A stretch of 64,000 bases of DNA, taken from the NCBI RefSeq assembly GCF_002854065.1, contig NZ_CP024147.1; one strand, given 5' to 3'. Made by a program: the position numbers and the translations under genes. Below the pieces are notes generated by a model that worked only from the letters and a program-made list of their open reading frames with translations, had not been told where the DNA came from and did no database searches. The stretch is from Escherichia coli. Lineage in GTDB: Bacteria; Pseudomonadota; Gammaproteobacteria; Enterobacterales; Enterobacteriaceae. Position 1 is the stretch's first letter. Every line of letters starts with the position of its first letter. This document shows, piece after piece, positions 23,524-34,924 of this stretch.

Positions 23524-24708
23524 ATGACTAAACCTAATCATGAGCTTAGCCCGGCGCTGATCGTGCTGATGTCTATCGCCACCGGTCTGGCGGTAGCCAG
23601 TAACTATTACGCCCAGCCATTGCTCGACACCATCGCGCGTAACTTTTCCCTTTCCGCCAGTTCGGCAGGCTTTATTGTTACCGCCGCGCAGTTGGGCTAT
23701 GCCGCAGGTCTACTGTTTCTTGTTCCCCTCGGTGATATGTTTGAACGCCGCCGCCTGATTGTCTCGATGACCTTACTGGCAGCGGGCGGTATGTTAATCA
23801 CTGCCAGCAGTCAGTCACTGGCGATGATGATCCTCGGTACGGCATTAACCGGTTTATTCTCAGTCGTGGCACAAATTCTGGTTCCGCTGGCAGCGACGCT
23901 GGCTTCACCGGATAAACGCGGCAAAGTGGTTGGCACCATTATGAGCGGTCTGCTGTTGGGGATATTGCTGGCACGAACCGTTGCCGGGTTACTGGCAAAC
24001 CTCGGCGGCTGGCGCACCGTCTTTTGGGTTGCCTCGGTGTTAATGGCTCTGATGGCGCTGGCATTATGGCGTGGTCTGCCACAAATGAAATCAGAAACCC
24101 ACCTCAACTACCCACAGTTGTTGGGTTCCGTTTTCAGCATGTTTATCAACGATAAGATCCTGCGCACCCGCGCGTTGCTGGGCTGCCTGACCTTTGCCAA
24201 CTTCAGCATTCTCTGGACCTCAATGGCCTTTTTGCTTGCCGCCCCACCTTTTAACTACAGCGATGGTGTCATTGGTCTGTTTGGGCTTGCGGGAGCTGCC
24301 GGAGCGTTGGGCGCTCGTCCGGCGGGCGGTTTTGCCGACAAGGGCAAATCGCACCACACAACAACTTTCGGTCTGCTTCTGCTGTTACTTTCATGGCTGG
24401 CAATCTGGTTTGGTCACACTTCCGTACTGGCGCTGATTATCGGCATCCTGGTGCTGGACCTCACCGTGCAGGGCGTGCATATCACTAACCAGACGGTAAT
24501 TTATCGAATACATCCTGATGCGCGTAATCGCCTGACCGCAGGTTACATGACCAGCTACTTTATTGGCGGTGCCGCCGGATCGCTAATTTCAGCCTCAGCC
24601 TGGCAACATGGCGGTTGGGCTGGCGTTTGTCTGGCTGGCGCGACGATTGCCCTGGTTAACTTACTGGTCTGGTGGCGAGGTTTTCATCGTCAGGAAGCCG
24701 CAAATTAA
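23524..24708 (+). CDS. ygaY: MFS transporter YgaY (intact here)
   Basis: 394-aa uninterrupted ORF with 12-TM-like hydrophobic pattern. Confidence 0.85.
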   Translation: MTKPNHELSPALIVLMSIATGLAVASNYYAQPLLDTIARNFSLSASSAGFIVTAAQLGYAAGLLFLVPLGDMFERRRLIVSMTLLAAGGMLITASSQSLAMMILGTALTGLFSVVAQILVPLAATLASPDKRGKVVGTIMSGLLLGILLARTVAGLLANLGGWRTVFWVASVLMALMALALWRGLPQMKSETHLNYPQLLGSVFSMFINDKILRTRALLGCLTFANFSILWTSMAFLLAAPPFNYSDGVIGLFGLAGAAGALGARPAGGFADKGKSHHTTTFGLLLLLLSWLAIWFGHTSVLALIIGILVLDLTVQGVHITNQTVIYRIHPDARNRLTAGYMTSYFIGGAAGSLISASAWQHGGWAGVCLAGATIALVNLLVWWRGFHRQEAAN

Positions 24709-24831
24709 GCAATCAGCAACCGTTTTCGTGGCTTTACACTTATAAGGGTGTTAAGAAGCCCATCAGTCTGATAAGGTTAAGATATTCATTCAGTCTATTT
24801 ATAATATTAACAATCGTTAAGCGTACACTCT

Positions 24832-25569
24832 ATGGAAAGCCCTACTCCACAGCCTGCTCCTGGTTCGGCGACCTTCATGGAAGGATGCAAAGACAGTTTA
24901 CCGATTGTTATTAGTTATATTCCGGTGGCCTTTGCGTTCGGTCTGAATGCGACCCGTCTGGGATTCTCTCCTCTCGAAAGCGTTTTTTTCTCCTGCATCA
25001 TTTATGCAGGCGCGAGCCAGTTCGTCATTACCGCGATGCTGGCAGCAGGGAGTAGTTTGTGGGTTGCTGCACTGACCGTCATGGCAATGGATGTTCGCCA
25101 TGTTTTGTATGGCCCGTCACTGCGTAGCCGTATTATTCAGCGTCTGCAAAAATCGAAAACCGCCCTATGGGCGTTTGGCCTGACGGATGAGGTTTTTGCC
25201 GCCGCCACCGCAAAACTGGTACGCAATAATCGCCGCTGGAGCGAGAACTGGATGATCGGCATTGCCTTCAGTTCATGGTCATCGTGGGTCTTTGGTACGG
25301 TAATAGGGGCATTCTCCGGCAGCGGCTTGCTGCAAGGTTATCCCGCCGTTGAAGCAGCATTAGGTTTTATGCTTCCGGCACTCTTTATGAGTTTCCTGCT
25401 CGCCTCTTTCCAGCGCAAACAATCTCTTTGCGTTACCGCAGCGTTAGTTGGTGCCCTTGCAGGCGTAACGCTATTTTCTATTCCCGTCGCCATTCTGGCA
25501 GGCATTGTCTGTGGCTGCCTCACTGCGTTAATCCAGGCATTCTGGCAAGGAGCGCCCGATGAGCTATGA
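24832..25569 (+). CDS. ygaZ: Branched-chain amino acid (valine) exporter subunit, AzlC family
   Basis: 245-aa membrane [34 protein letters not shown]... Confidence 0.93.
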   Translation: MESPTPQPAPGSATFMEGCKDSLPIVISYIPVAFAFGLNATRLGFSPLESVFFSCIIYAGASQFVITAMLAAGSSLWVAALTVMAMDVRHVLYGPSLRSRIIQRLQKSKTALWAFGLTDEVFAAATAKLVRNNRRWSENWMIGIAFSSWSSWVFGTVIGAFSGSGLLQGYPAVEAALGFMLPALFMSFLLASFQRKQSLCVTAALVGALAGVTLFSIPVAILAGIVCGCLTALIQAFWQGAPDEL

Positions 25570-25894
25570 GGTTCTGCTGCTTGGGTTACTGGTTGGCGCG
25601 GCGAATTATTGCTTCCGCTATTTGCCGCTGCGCCTGCGTGTGGGTAATGCCCGCCCAACCAAACGTGGCGCGGTAGGTATTTTGCTCGACACCATTGGCA
25701 TCGCCTCGATATGCGCTCTGCTGGTTGTCTCTACCGCACCAGAAGTGATGCACGATACACGCCGTTTCGTGCCCACGCTGGTCGGCTTCGCGGTACTGGG
25801 TGCCAGTTTCTATAAAACACGCAGCATTATCATCCCAACACTGCTTAGTGCGCTGGCCTATGGGCTCGCCTGGAAAGTGATGGCGATTATATAA
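25559..25894 (+). CDS. ygaH: Valine exporter small subunit, AzlD family
   Basis: 111-aa membrane ORF overlapping ygaZ end. Confidence 0.92.
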   Translation: MSYEVLLLGLLVGAANYCFRYLPLRLRVGNARPTKRGAVGILLDTIGIASICALLVVSTAPEVMHDTRRFVPTLVGFAVLGASFYKTRSIIIPTLLSALAYGLAWKVMAII

Positions 25895-25984
25895 CCCACA
25901 AGAATCATTTTTCTAAAACAATACATTTACTTTATTTGTCACTGTCGTTACTATATCGGCTGAAATTAATGAGGTCATACCCAA

Positions 25985-26515
25985 ATGGATAGTTCGTTTA
26001 CGCCCATTGAACAAATGCTAAAATTTCGCGCCAGCCGCCACGAAGATTTTCCTTATCAGGAGATCCTTCTGACTCGTCTTTGCATGCACATGCAAAGCAA
26101 GCTGCTGGAGAACCGCAATAAAATGCTGAAGGCTCAGGGGATTAACGAGACGTTGTTTATGGCGTTGATTACGCTGGAGTCTCAGGAAAACCACAGTATT
26201 CAGCCTTCTGAATTAAGTTGTGCTCTTGGATCATCCCGTACCAACGCGACGCGTATTGCCGATGAACTGGAAAAACGCGGTTGGATCGAACGTCGTGAAA
26301 GCGATAACGATCGCCGCTGCCTGCATCTGCAATTAACGGAAAAAGGTCACGAGTTTTTGCGCGAGGTTTTACCACCGCAGCATAACTGCCTGCATCAACT
26401 CTGGTCCGCGCTCAGCACAACAGAAAAAGATCAGCTCGAGCAAATCACCCGCAAATTGCTCTCCCGTCTCGACCAGATGGAACAAGACGGTGTGGTTCTC
26501 GAAGCGATGAGCTAA
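25985..26515 (+). CDS. mprA: MarR-family repressor MprA (EmrR)
   Basis: 176-aa [35 protein letters not shown]... Confidence 0.96.
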
Positions 26516-26641
26516 CGCGTCATCTCGCTCAAAAATCCAGATTTATAAAAGAAAAAATGACTGGCCAGCATCGCAACATGCTGGCCTTTTTGGCAAGCAG
26601 GTCGGCTCAGCCGATGAGTTAAGAAGATCGTGGAGAACAAT

Positions 26642-27814
26642 ATGAGCGCAAATGCGGAGACTCAAACCCCGCAGCAACCGGTAAAGAAGAGCGGCAAACG
26701 TAAGCGTCTGCTCCTCCTTCTCACCTTGCTCTTTATAATTATTGCCGTAGCGATAGGGATTTATTGGTTTTTGGTACTGCGTCATTTCGAAGAAACCGAT
26801 GACGCATACGTGGCAGGGAATCAGATTCAAATTATGTCTCAGGTGTCTGGCAGCGTGACGAAAGTCTGGGCCGATAACACCGATTTTGTAAAAGAAGGCG
26901 ACGTGCTGGTCACTCTCGACCCGACAGATGCTCGCCAGGCGTTTGAAAAAGCCAAAACTGCACTGGCTTCCAGCGTTCGCCAAACCCACCAGCTGATGAT
27001 TAACAGCAAACAGTTGCAGGCGAATATTGAGGTGCAAAAAATCGCCCTCGCGAAAGCACAAAGCGACTACAACCGCCGTGTGCCGCTGGGCAATGCCAAC
27101 CTGATTGGTCGCGAAGAGCTGCAACACGCCCGCGACGCCGTTACCAGTGCCCAGGCGCAACTGGACGTCGCGATTCAACAATACAATGCCAATCAGGCGA
27201 TGATTCTGGGGACTAAACTGGAAGATCAGCCTGCCGTGCAACAGGCTGCCACCGAAGTACGTAACGCCTGGCTGGCGCTGGAGCGTACTCGTATTGTCAG
27301 TCCGATGACCGGTTATGTCTCCCGCCGCGCGGTACAGCCTGGGGCGCAAATTAGCCCAACGACGCCGCTCATGGCGGTCGTTCCAGCCACCAATATGTGG
27401 GTGGATGCCAACTTTAAAGAGACGCAGATTGCCAATATGCGTATCGGTCAGCCGGTCACTATCACCACCGATATTTACGGCGATGATGTGAAATACACCG
27501 GTAAAGTGGTTGGTCTGGATATGGGCACAGGTAGCGCGTTCTCACTGCTTCCGGCGCAAAATGCGACCGGTAACTGGATCAAAGTTGTTCAGCGTCTGCC
27601 TGTGCGTATCGAACTGGACCAGAAACAGCTGGAGCAATACCCGCTGCGTATCGGTTTATCCACGCTGGTGAGCGTCAATACCACTAACCGTGACGGTCAG
27701 GTACTGGCAAATAAAGTACGTTCCACTCCGGTAGCGGTAAGCACCGCGCGTGAAATCAGCCTGGCACCTGTCAATAAACTGATCGACGATATCGTAAAAG
27801 CTAACGCTGGCTAA
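26642..27814 (+). CDS. emrA: Multidrug efflux pump membrane fusion protein EmrA
   Basis: Sequence MSANAETQTPQQPVKKSGKRKRLL...; GGAG RBS upstream of this ATG. Confidence 0.95.
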   Translation: MSANAETQTPQQPVKKSGKRKRLLLLLTLLFIIIAVAIGIYWFLVLRHFEETDDAYVAGNQIQIMSQVSGSVTKVWADNTDFVKEGDVLVTLDPTDARQAFEKAKTALASSVRQTHQLMINSKQLQANIEVQKIALAKAQSDYNRRVPLGNANLIGREELQHARDAVTSAQAQLDVAIQQYNANQAMILGTKLEDQPAVQQAATEVRNAWLALERTRIVSPMTGYVSRRAVQPGAQISPTTPLMAVVPATNMWVDANFKETQIANMRIGQPVTITTDIYGDDVKYTGKVVGLDMGTGSAFSLLPAQNATGNWIKVVQRLPVRIELDQKQLEQYPLRIGLSTLVSVNTTNRDGQVLANKVRSTPVAVSTAREISLAPVNKLIDDIVKANAG

Positions 27815-27830
27815 TCCAGAGGTGCGTGTG

Positions 27831-29369
27831 ATGCAACAGCAAAAACCGCTGGAAGGCGCGCAACTGGTCATTATGACGATTGCGCTGTCACTAGCGACAT
27901 TCATGCAGGTGCTGGACTCCACCATTGCTAACGTGGCGATCCCCACTATCGCCGGGAATCTGGGCTCATCGCTCAGCCAGGGAACGTGGGTAATCACTTC
28001 TTTCGGGGTGGCGAATGCCATCTCGATCCCGCTTACCGGCTGGCTGGCAAAGCGCGTCGGGGAAGTGAAACTGTTCCTCTGGTCCACCATCGCCTTTGCT
28101 ATTGCGTCGTGGGCGTGTGGTGTCTCCAGCAGCCTAAATATGCTGATCTTCTTCCGCGTGATTCAGGGGATTGTCGCCGGGCCGTTGATCCCGCTTTCGC
28201 AAAGTCTATTGCTGAATAACTACCCGCCAGCCAAACGCTCAATCGCGCTGGCGTTGTGGTCGATGACGGTGATTGTCGCGCCAATTTGCGGCCCGATCCT
28301 CGGCGGCTATATCAGTGATAATTATCACTGGGGCTGGATATTCTTCATCAACGTGCCGATTGGCGTGGCGGTGGTGTTGATGACATTGCAGACGCTGCGC
28401 GGACGCGAAACCCGCACCGAACGGCGGCGGATTGATGCCGTGGGGCTGGCACTGCTGGTTATTGGTATCGGCAGCCTGCAGATTATGCTCGACCGCGGTA
28501 AAGAGCTGGACTGGTTTTCATCACAGGAAATTATCATCCTTACCGTGGTGGCGGTGGTGGCTATCTGCTTCCTGATTGTCTGGGAGCTGACCGACGATAA
28601 CCCGATAGTCGATCTGTCGTTGTTTAAGTCGCGCAACTTCACCATCGGCTGCTTGTGTATCAGCCTCGCGTATATGCTCTACTTCGGCGCTATTGTTCTG
28701 CTGCCGCAGTTGTTGCAGGAGGTCTACGGTTACACGGCAACGTGGGCAGGTCTGGCCTCTGCGCCGGTAGGGATTATTCCGGTGATCCTGTCGCCGATTA
28801 TCGGCCGCTTCGCGCATAAACTGGATATGCGGCGGCTGGTAACCTTCAGCTTTATTATGTATGCCGTCTGCTTCTACTGGCGTGCCTATACCTTTGAACC
28901 GGGCATGGATTTTGGCGCGTCGGCCTGGCCGCAGTTTATCCAGGGCTTCGCTGTGGCCTGCTTCTTTATGCCGCTGACCACCATTACGCTGTCTGGTTTG
29001 CCACCGGAACGACTGGCGGCGGCATCGAGTCTCTCCAACTTTACGCGTACGCTGGCGGGGTCTATCGGCACGTCGATAACCACAACCATGTGGACCAACC
29101 GCGAGTCGATGCACCATGCGCAGTTAACCGAGTCGGTAAACCCGTTCAACCCGAATGCCCAGGCGATGTACAGTCAACTGGAAGGGCTTGGGATGACGCA
29201 ACAGCAGGCCTCCGGCTGGATTGCCCAGCAGATCACTAACCAGGGGCTGATTATTTCCGCCAATGAGATCTTCTGGATGTCAGCCGGGATATTCCTCGTC
29301 CTGCTGGGGCTGGTGTGGTTTGCTAAACCGCCATTTGGCGCAGGTGGCGGCGGAGGCGGTGCGCACTAA
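27831..29369 (+). CDS. emrB: Multidrug efflux MFS transporter EmrB
   Basis: Sequence MQQQKPLEGAQLVIMTIALSLATFMQV...; the ORF track start at 27822 is an in-frame GTG. Confidence 0.95.
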   Translation: MQQQKPLEGAQLVIMTIALSLATFMQVLDSTIANVAIPTIAGNLGSSLSQGTWVITSFGVANAISIPLTGWLAKRVGEVKLFLWSTIAFAIASWACGVSSSLNMLIFFRVIQGIVAGPLIPLSQSLLLNNYPPAKRSIALALWSMTVIVAPICGPILGGYISDNYHWGWIFFINVPIGVAVVLMTLQTLRGRETRTERRRIDAVGLALLVIGIGSLQIMLDRGKELDWFSSQEIIILTVVAVVAICFLIVWELTDDNPIVDLSLFKSRNFTIGCLCISLAYMLYFGAIVLLPQLLQEVYGYTATWAGLASAPVGIIPVILSPIIGRFAHKLDMRRLVTFSFIMYAVCFYWRAYTFEPGMDFGASAWPQFIQGFAVACFFMPLTTITLSGLPPERLAAASSLSNFTRTLAGSIGTSITTTMWTNRESMHHAQLTESVNPFNPNAQAMYSQLEGLGMTQQQASGWIAQQITNQGLIISANEIFWMSAGIFLVLLGLVWFAKPPFGAGGGGGGAH

Positions 29370-29376
29370 GGTTGTC

Positions 29377-29401
29377 AAAGGGAGCTTCGGCTCCCTTTTT
29401 A
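29377..29401 (+). terminator. Rho-independent terminator after emrB
   Basis: aaagggagc-ttcg-gctccc followed by TTTTT. Confidence 0.8.
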
Positions 29402-29626
29402 TTTGCTCATTGTGCAAACGGTTGTTTTATCCACTCATTCGGTGTATCTTTTCGCCGCCCCAAACTCTTCCATTCACTATTAACCGGTTCTGAGCATTCG
29501 CTCAGGTTGTTAATTCTCTTTTTCCTTCGCCCTCGCTTTCGCGGGTGATACTCACATTTTCCGTTTAACCCCATAACTCGCACCCTCGCGGGCGTACGTT
29601 TATTACACACAAAATAATGGATTATT

Positions 29627-30334
29627 ATGAATACCCAACTTAAATACGGGAGAACCTGGCATTATCCTTTCTCCCCCGGCACCACCAGCGATGACCGCAT
29701 TAACGCCGATTACTGGCAGGATTTACAGGCCATCGCGCAACTGGTGCATACAGAAAAACTCGACGGCGAAAATAACTGCCTTAACCGCTACGGTGTGTTT
29801 GCCCGTTCCCATGCCGCGCCTACGCAGTCGGCATGGACCTATAAAATTCGCCAGCGTTGGCAACTGCTGAAAAACGATCTCGGCGACCTGGAGTTGTTTG
29901 GCGAAAATCTCTACGCCGTTCATTCCATTGAATACCGCGCGCTGGAACAGGACTTTTACCTGTTTGCCGTTCGCTGCCAGGATATGTGGCTGAGCTGGGA
30001 AGAGGTGCAGTTTTACGCCGCCCTGTTTGATTTCCCCTGCGTTCCCGAAATCTCCGGCCCGCAGCCGGGGAATGATGAAAAAAGCTGGCAACGTGATTTT
30101 CTGGCACTGACCAATGCGCGCGGCGCGTTCGATCCCTGGGATACACAAACCGGGCAACCCTGTACTCTGGAAGGCATTGTCAGCCGGAATCGTGATGCGT
30201 TTTCCGTCGCTGACTTTTCGCATAACGTCTTCAAGTATGTGCGCAAAAATCATGTCAAAACCACTGTGCACTGGAAACGACACTGGCAACGGGCGCGGAT
30301 GGCCCATGAGTTCGCTTATGGAGAACAGTCATGA
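29627..30334 (+). CDS. ATP-dependent RNA ligase-like nucleotidyltransferase (Rnl2-type catalytic domain only)
   Basis: 235-aa ORF with covalent nucleotidyltransferase motifs in canonical order and spacing: motif I EKLDGEN, motif [12 protein letters not shown], motif IV LEGIVSR, motif V FKYVRK. Confidence 0.75.
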   Translation: MNTQLKYGRTWHYPFSPGTTSDDRINADYWQDLQAIAQLVHTEKLDGENNCLNRYGVFARSHAAPTQSAWTYKIRQRWQLLKNDLGDLELFGENLYAVHSIEYRALEQDFYLFAVRCQDMWLSWEEVQFYAALFDFPCVPEISGPQPGNDEKSWQRDFLALTNARGAFDPWDTQTGQPCTLEGIVSRNRDAFSVADFSHNVFKYVRKNHVKTTVHWKRHWQRARMAHEFAYGEQS

Positions 30335-31443
30335 TTTGGCAGCTTACCGACGATAAACGCTGGTCGACACTACGCCAGCGTTTCAGTTGGGTTGAGGAGA
30401 TGCATCACACGCCACAAGACCCGGAGCATCATGGTGAAGGTGACGTCGGCGTGCATACCGAAATGGTGCTTAACGCCCTTGTTACTCAGCCAGAATTCCA
30501 GCAACTCCCCGCTCAACAGCAGGAAGTTTTATGGGCGGCGGCGTTATTACATGATGTTGAAAAGCGCAGCACTACCGTGCAGGAAAACGGACGTATTCAG
30601 TCGCCGGGCCATGCTCGTCGGGGCGAACTGACGGCCCGGCTGATTTTGTGGCGCGATATCCCAACGCCGTTCGTGCTGCGCGAGCAAATCGTTGCGCTGG
30701 TGCGTCTGCATGGGTTACCGCTATGGTTACTGGAACGTCCGGAACCGGAGCGTTTGTTGCTCACGGCTGCAATGCGCATCGACACGCGTCTGCTCACTTT
30801 GCTTGCTCGTGCCGATCTGCTTGGTCGCCAAAGCCCGGATCAGCAATCAATGCTGGAACGCATCGATCTGTTCGAGCTGTTTTGCCAGGAGCAACAGTGT
30901 TGGGGAAAAGTGCGCTCGTTCGTGTCTGATTCCGCACGCTGGCATTACCTGACCCATGAGCAAAGTTCTCCTGATTTTGTTCCCTGGGAGGCTGAACCTT
31001 TTGAGGGCATTTTGCTGTGTGGCTTACCGGGTATGGGCAAAGATCGCTATATCAATGAACAGTGCCAGGGAATGGACGTTATCAGCCTTGATGATATGCG
31101 GCGGCGAATCAATGCCAATCCGGACGACAAAACCGCCACCGGGCGTATTGTGCAACAGGCAAAAGAAGAGGCACGCGTTTTTTTACGCCAGAAAAAGCCG
31201 TTCATCTGGAATGCAACGAACTTTACCCGCCAGCTTCGTAGCCAGCTCATCAGCCTGTTTACGGCTTACGGCGCACGAGTAAAAATAGTTTATCTTGAAG
31301 TGCCATGGGCGCAATGGAAGCAGCAAAATGCCAGACGCGAGTATGCAGTTCCTGAAGCGGTCGTGATGCGGATGGCCTCAAGGCTGGAAGTTCCTCAACC
31401 TGATGAAGCACATAGCGTGGAGTATCGGGTGATTGAAAGGTAA
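30331..31443 (+). CDS. Bifunctional HD-domain phosphoesterase / 5'-OH polynucleotide kinase (HD-Pnk architecture)
   Basis: 370-aa ORF; N-terminal HD metal-ligand pattern ([18 protein letters not shown], further His and Asp); C-terminal P-loop GLPGMGKD followed by [17 protein letters not shown] and [16 protein letters not shown], resembling the T4 Pnk kinase domain; start overlaps upstream stop (ATGA). Confidence 0.75.
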   Translation: MIWQLTDDKRWSTLRQRFSWVEEMHHTPQDPEHHGEGDVGVHTEMVLNALVTQPEFQQLPAQQQEVLWAAALLHDVEKRSTTVQENGRIQSPGHARRGELTARLILWRDIPTPFVLREQIVALVRLHGLPLWLLERPEPERLLLTAAMRIDTRLLTLLARADLLGRQSPDQQSMLERIDLFELFCQEQQCWGKVRSFVSDSARWHYLTHEQSSPDFVPWEAEPFEGILLCGLPGMGKDRYINEQCQGMDVISLDDMRRRINANPDDKTATGRIVQQAKEEARVFLRQKKPFIWNATNFTRQLRSQLISLFTAYGARVKIVYLEVPWAQWKQQNARREYAVPEAVVMRMASRLEVPQPDEAHSVEYRVIER

Positions 31444-31448
31444 AAAAA

Positions 31449-31474
31449 CCGGGCGGTGGTGTCACCTGCCCGGC
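31449..31474. terminator. Bidirectional hairpin terminator between HD-Pnk gene and convergent luxS
   Basis: ccgggc-loop-gcccgg stem flanked by A-run upstream and T-rich run downstream. Confidence 0.6.
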
Positions 31475-31491
31475 TTCTTTTGTTCCACTGA

Positions 31492-32007
31492 CTAAATGTG
31501 CAGTTCCTGCAACTTCTCTTTCGGCAGCGCCAGTTCTTCGTTGCTGTTGATGCGCACGTCACGTTCCAGAATGCTACGCGCAATATCCTGCGCTTCCTGC
31601 AACGAGTGCATCTGGTAAGTGCCACACTGGTAGACGTTCAGTTCCGGGATCTGATTCTGATCCTGCACTTTCAGCACGTCTTCCATTGCCGCTTTCCAGG
31701 CATCAGCAACACGCTGCTCATCTGGCGTACCAATCAGACTCATATAAAAACCGGTGCGGCAGCCCATTGGCGAGATATCGATAATCTCTACACCATTACC
31801 GTTAAGATGGTTACGCATAAAACCAGCAAACAGGTGCTCCAGGGTATGGATCCCTCTTTCTGGCATCACTTCTTTGTTCGGCACGCAGAAGCGCAGATCG
31901 AACACGGTGATTGCGTCGCCATGCGGGGTGTTCATTGTTTTCGCCACCCGAACTGCAGGCGCTTCCATCCGGGTATGATCGACTGTGAAGCTATCTAACA
32001 ACGGCAT
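31492..32007 (-). CDS. luxS: S-ribosylhomocysteine lyase (autoinducer-2 synthase)
   Basis: 171-aa [34 protein letters not shown]... Confidence 0.97.
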
Positions 32008-32041
32008 TTAGCCACCTCCGGTAATTTTTTTAAAAATTTTC

Positions 32042-32070
32042 TGAACTCTTTCTTCCCAGGCGAGTCTGAG
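32042..32070 (+). promoter_or_regulatory. Sigma-E type promoter of micA
   Basis: -35-like tgaactc and -10-like tctga with ~16-nt spacer ending a few nt before the MicA 5' end. Confidence 0.6.
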
Positions 32071-32075
32071 TATAT

Positions 32076-32148
32076 GAAAGACGCGCATTTGTTATCATCA
32101 TCCCTGAATTCAGAGATGAAATTTTGGCCACTCACGAGTGGCCTTTTT
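32076..32148 (+). ncRNA. micA: MicA (SraD) small regulatory RNA
   Basis: Sequence gaaagacgcgcatttgttatcatcatccctgaattcagagatgaaattttggccactcacgagtggccttttt recognised as MicA, including the terminator hairpin and U-tail. Confidence 0.9.
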
Positions 32149-32156
32149 CTTTTCTG

Positions 32157-33740
<1,584 letters not shown>

Positions 33741-33785
33741 TTAATTAGCATAACTGTAATGGTGACCATATGTGCAGGCCTACAA

Positions 33786-34214
33786 TTAGTGCCACCACAT
33801 CATGCCCTGAACGGTCGCTGCTGCAACTGCAACATAGCGTAACGCTTTACCAAGGCACAAAAAAAAGATTACCGGCCCCCAGGAGATGCGCATCCATCCC
33901 GCTAACAGACACAGTAAATCGCCAACCACGGGCATCCAGCTTAATAATAGCGTGACTGCACCATAGCGTTTCAGCCAGCCGGTAGCTTTCTCTTGCCAGC
34001 GCGATGTTTTACGCAATGGAAAGAAACGCCCAAGGATAACGTTAGTTAACCCTCCAAGGCTATTACCCATTGTTGCTGTTAAAACTAAAACCCAGGGATG
34101 ACTGATCCCGGAAAGCAACATTGCCACCAGCACGACTTCGGAGTTGCCGGGTAATAGTGTAGCGCTGAGAAAACTACTGGCAAACAACGAGAAAAGCGAT
34201 AACGCTTCACTCAC
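33786..34214 (-). CDS. yqaA: DedA-family inner membrane protein YqaA
   Basis: 142-aa membrane ORF MSEALSLFSLFASSFLSATLLPGNSEVVL... Confidence 0.92.
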   Translation of the reverse strand: MSEALSLFSLFASSFLSATLLPGNSEVVLVAMLLSGISHPWVLVLTATMGNSLGGLTNVILGRFFPLRKTSRWQEKATGWLKRYGAVTLLLSWMPVVGDLLCLLAGWMRISWGPVIFFLCLGKALRYVAVAAATVQGMMWWH

Positions 34215-34777
34215 AGCAAGCGAACATCCACAGCGTCCATGCCTGCTGCACGGGCCGCCTGAATACCGAAATCGGCATCTTCAAAGACCACACACTGCGT
34301 CGGTTGCACGCCCATACGCTGCGCGCACAACAAAAATGTGTCTGGCGCGGGTTTATGGTGTTTGACGTGATCGGCAGCGACGACGGCGTCAAAATAACGG
34401 CGTAATCCCAGGTGCGCCAGCAATGCCTCAGCGATGGCGCTTTCACTCCCCGTTCCTACAGCCATTGGGCGACGACCATGCCAACTTTTCACCACATCAA
34501 CAAGAGGAAGCGGTTCGACGCTATCCAGCAGCATACTTCTGACTGCTTCTGTTTTTTCACGCGCTAACGCATGCGGGTCGAGATCGGCCTGATTCAGCTC
34601 AATAATTGCCTGAGCAATACGCCAGGTGGGCGAGCCATTAAGCGCAATCATTGCCTGAACATCGTACTGAAGACCGTAGTGCCCTAATACTTCGCGCCAC
34701 GCTTTACGGTGCGTAGGCTCCGTATCCAGGATTGTGCCATCCATATCAAAAATTAAACCTGCATAACGCTCGTACAT
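34211..34777 (-). CDS. yqaB: HAD-superfamily sugar phosphatase YqaB
   Basis: 188-aa ORF with HAD motif I FDMDGTILDT; 4-bp overlap with yqaA. Confidence 0.93.
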   Translation of the reverse strand: MYERYAGLIFDMDGTILDTEPTHRKAWREVLGHYGLQYDVQAMIALNGSPTWRIAQAIIELNQADLDPHALAREKTEAVRSMLLDSVEPLPLVDVVKSWHGRRPMAVGTGSESAIAEALLAHLGLRRYFDAVVAADHVKHHKPAPDTFLLCAQRMGVQPTQCVVFEDADFGIQAARAAGMDAVDVRLL

Positions 34778-34924
34778 GGTCTTCTCGCAAGTCGAAAAAT
34801 ATGACGCTACTTTAGCGTAATTGCTTGATTTTGTCGCTGATGGCGAAGGAGAAGAAAATTCAGGAAATGGATAAAGTAGTTATTTAGAAATGAGATATTT
34901 TTGAAGGAAATTTTTTGGAGAAGA

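Noticed and set aside
26543-27349. 268-aa minus-strand ORF
   Set aside because: Antisense to emrA, which is recognised.
29723-30307. 194-aa antisense ORF within the RNA ligase gene
   Set aside because: Only the plus-strand frame carries ordered nucleotidyltransferase motifs and is translationally coupled to the HD-Pnk gene.
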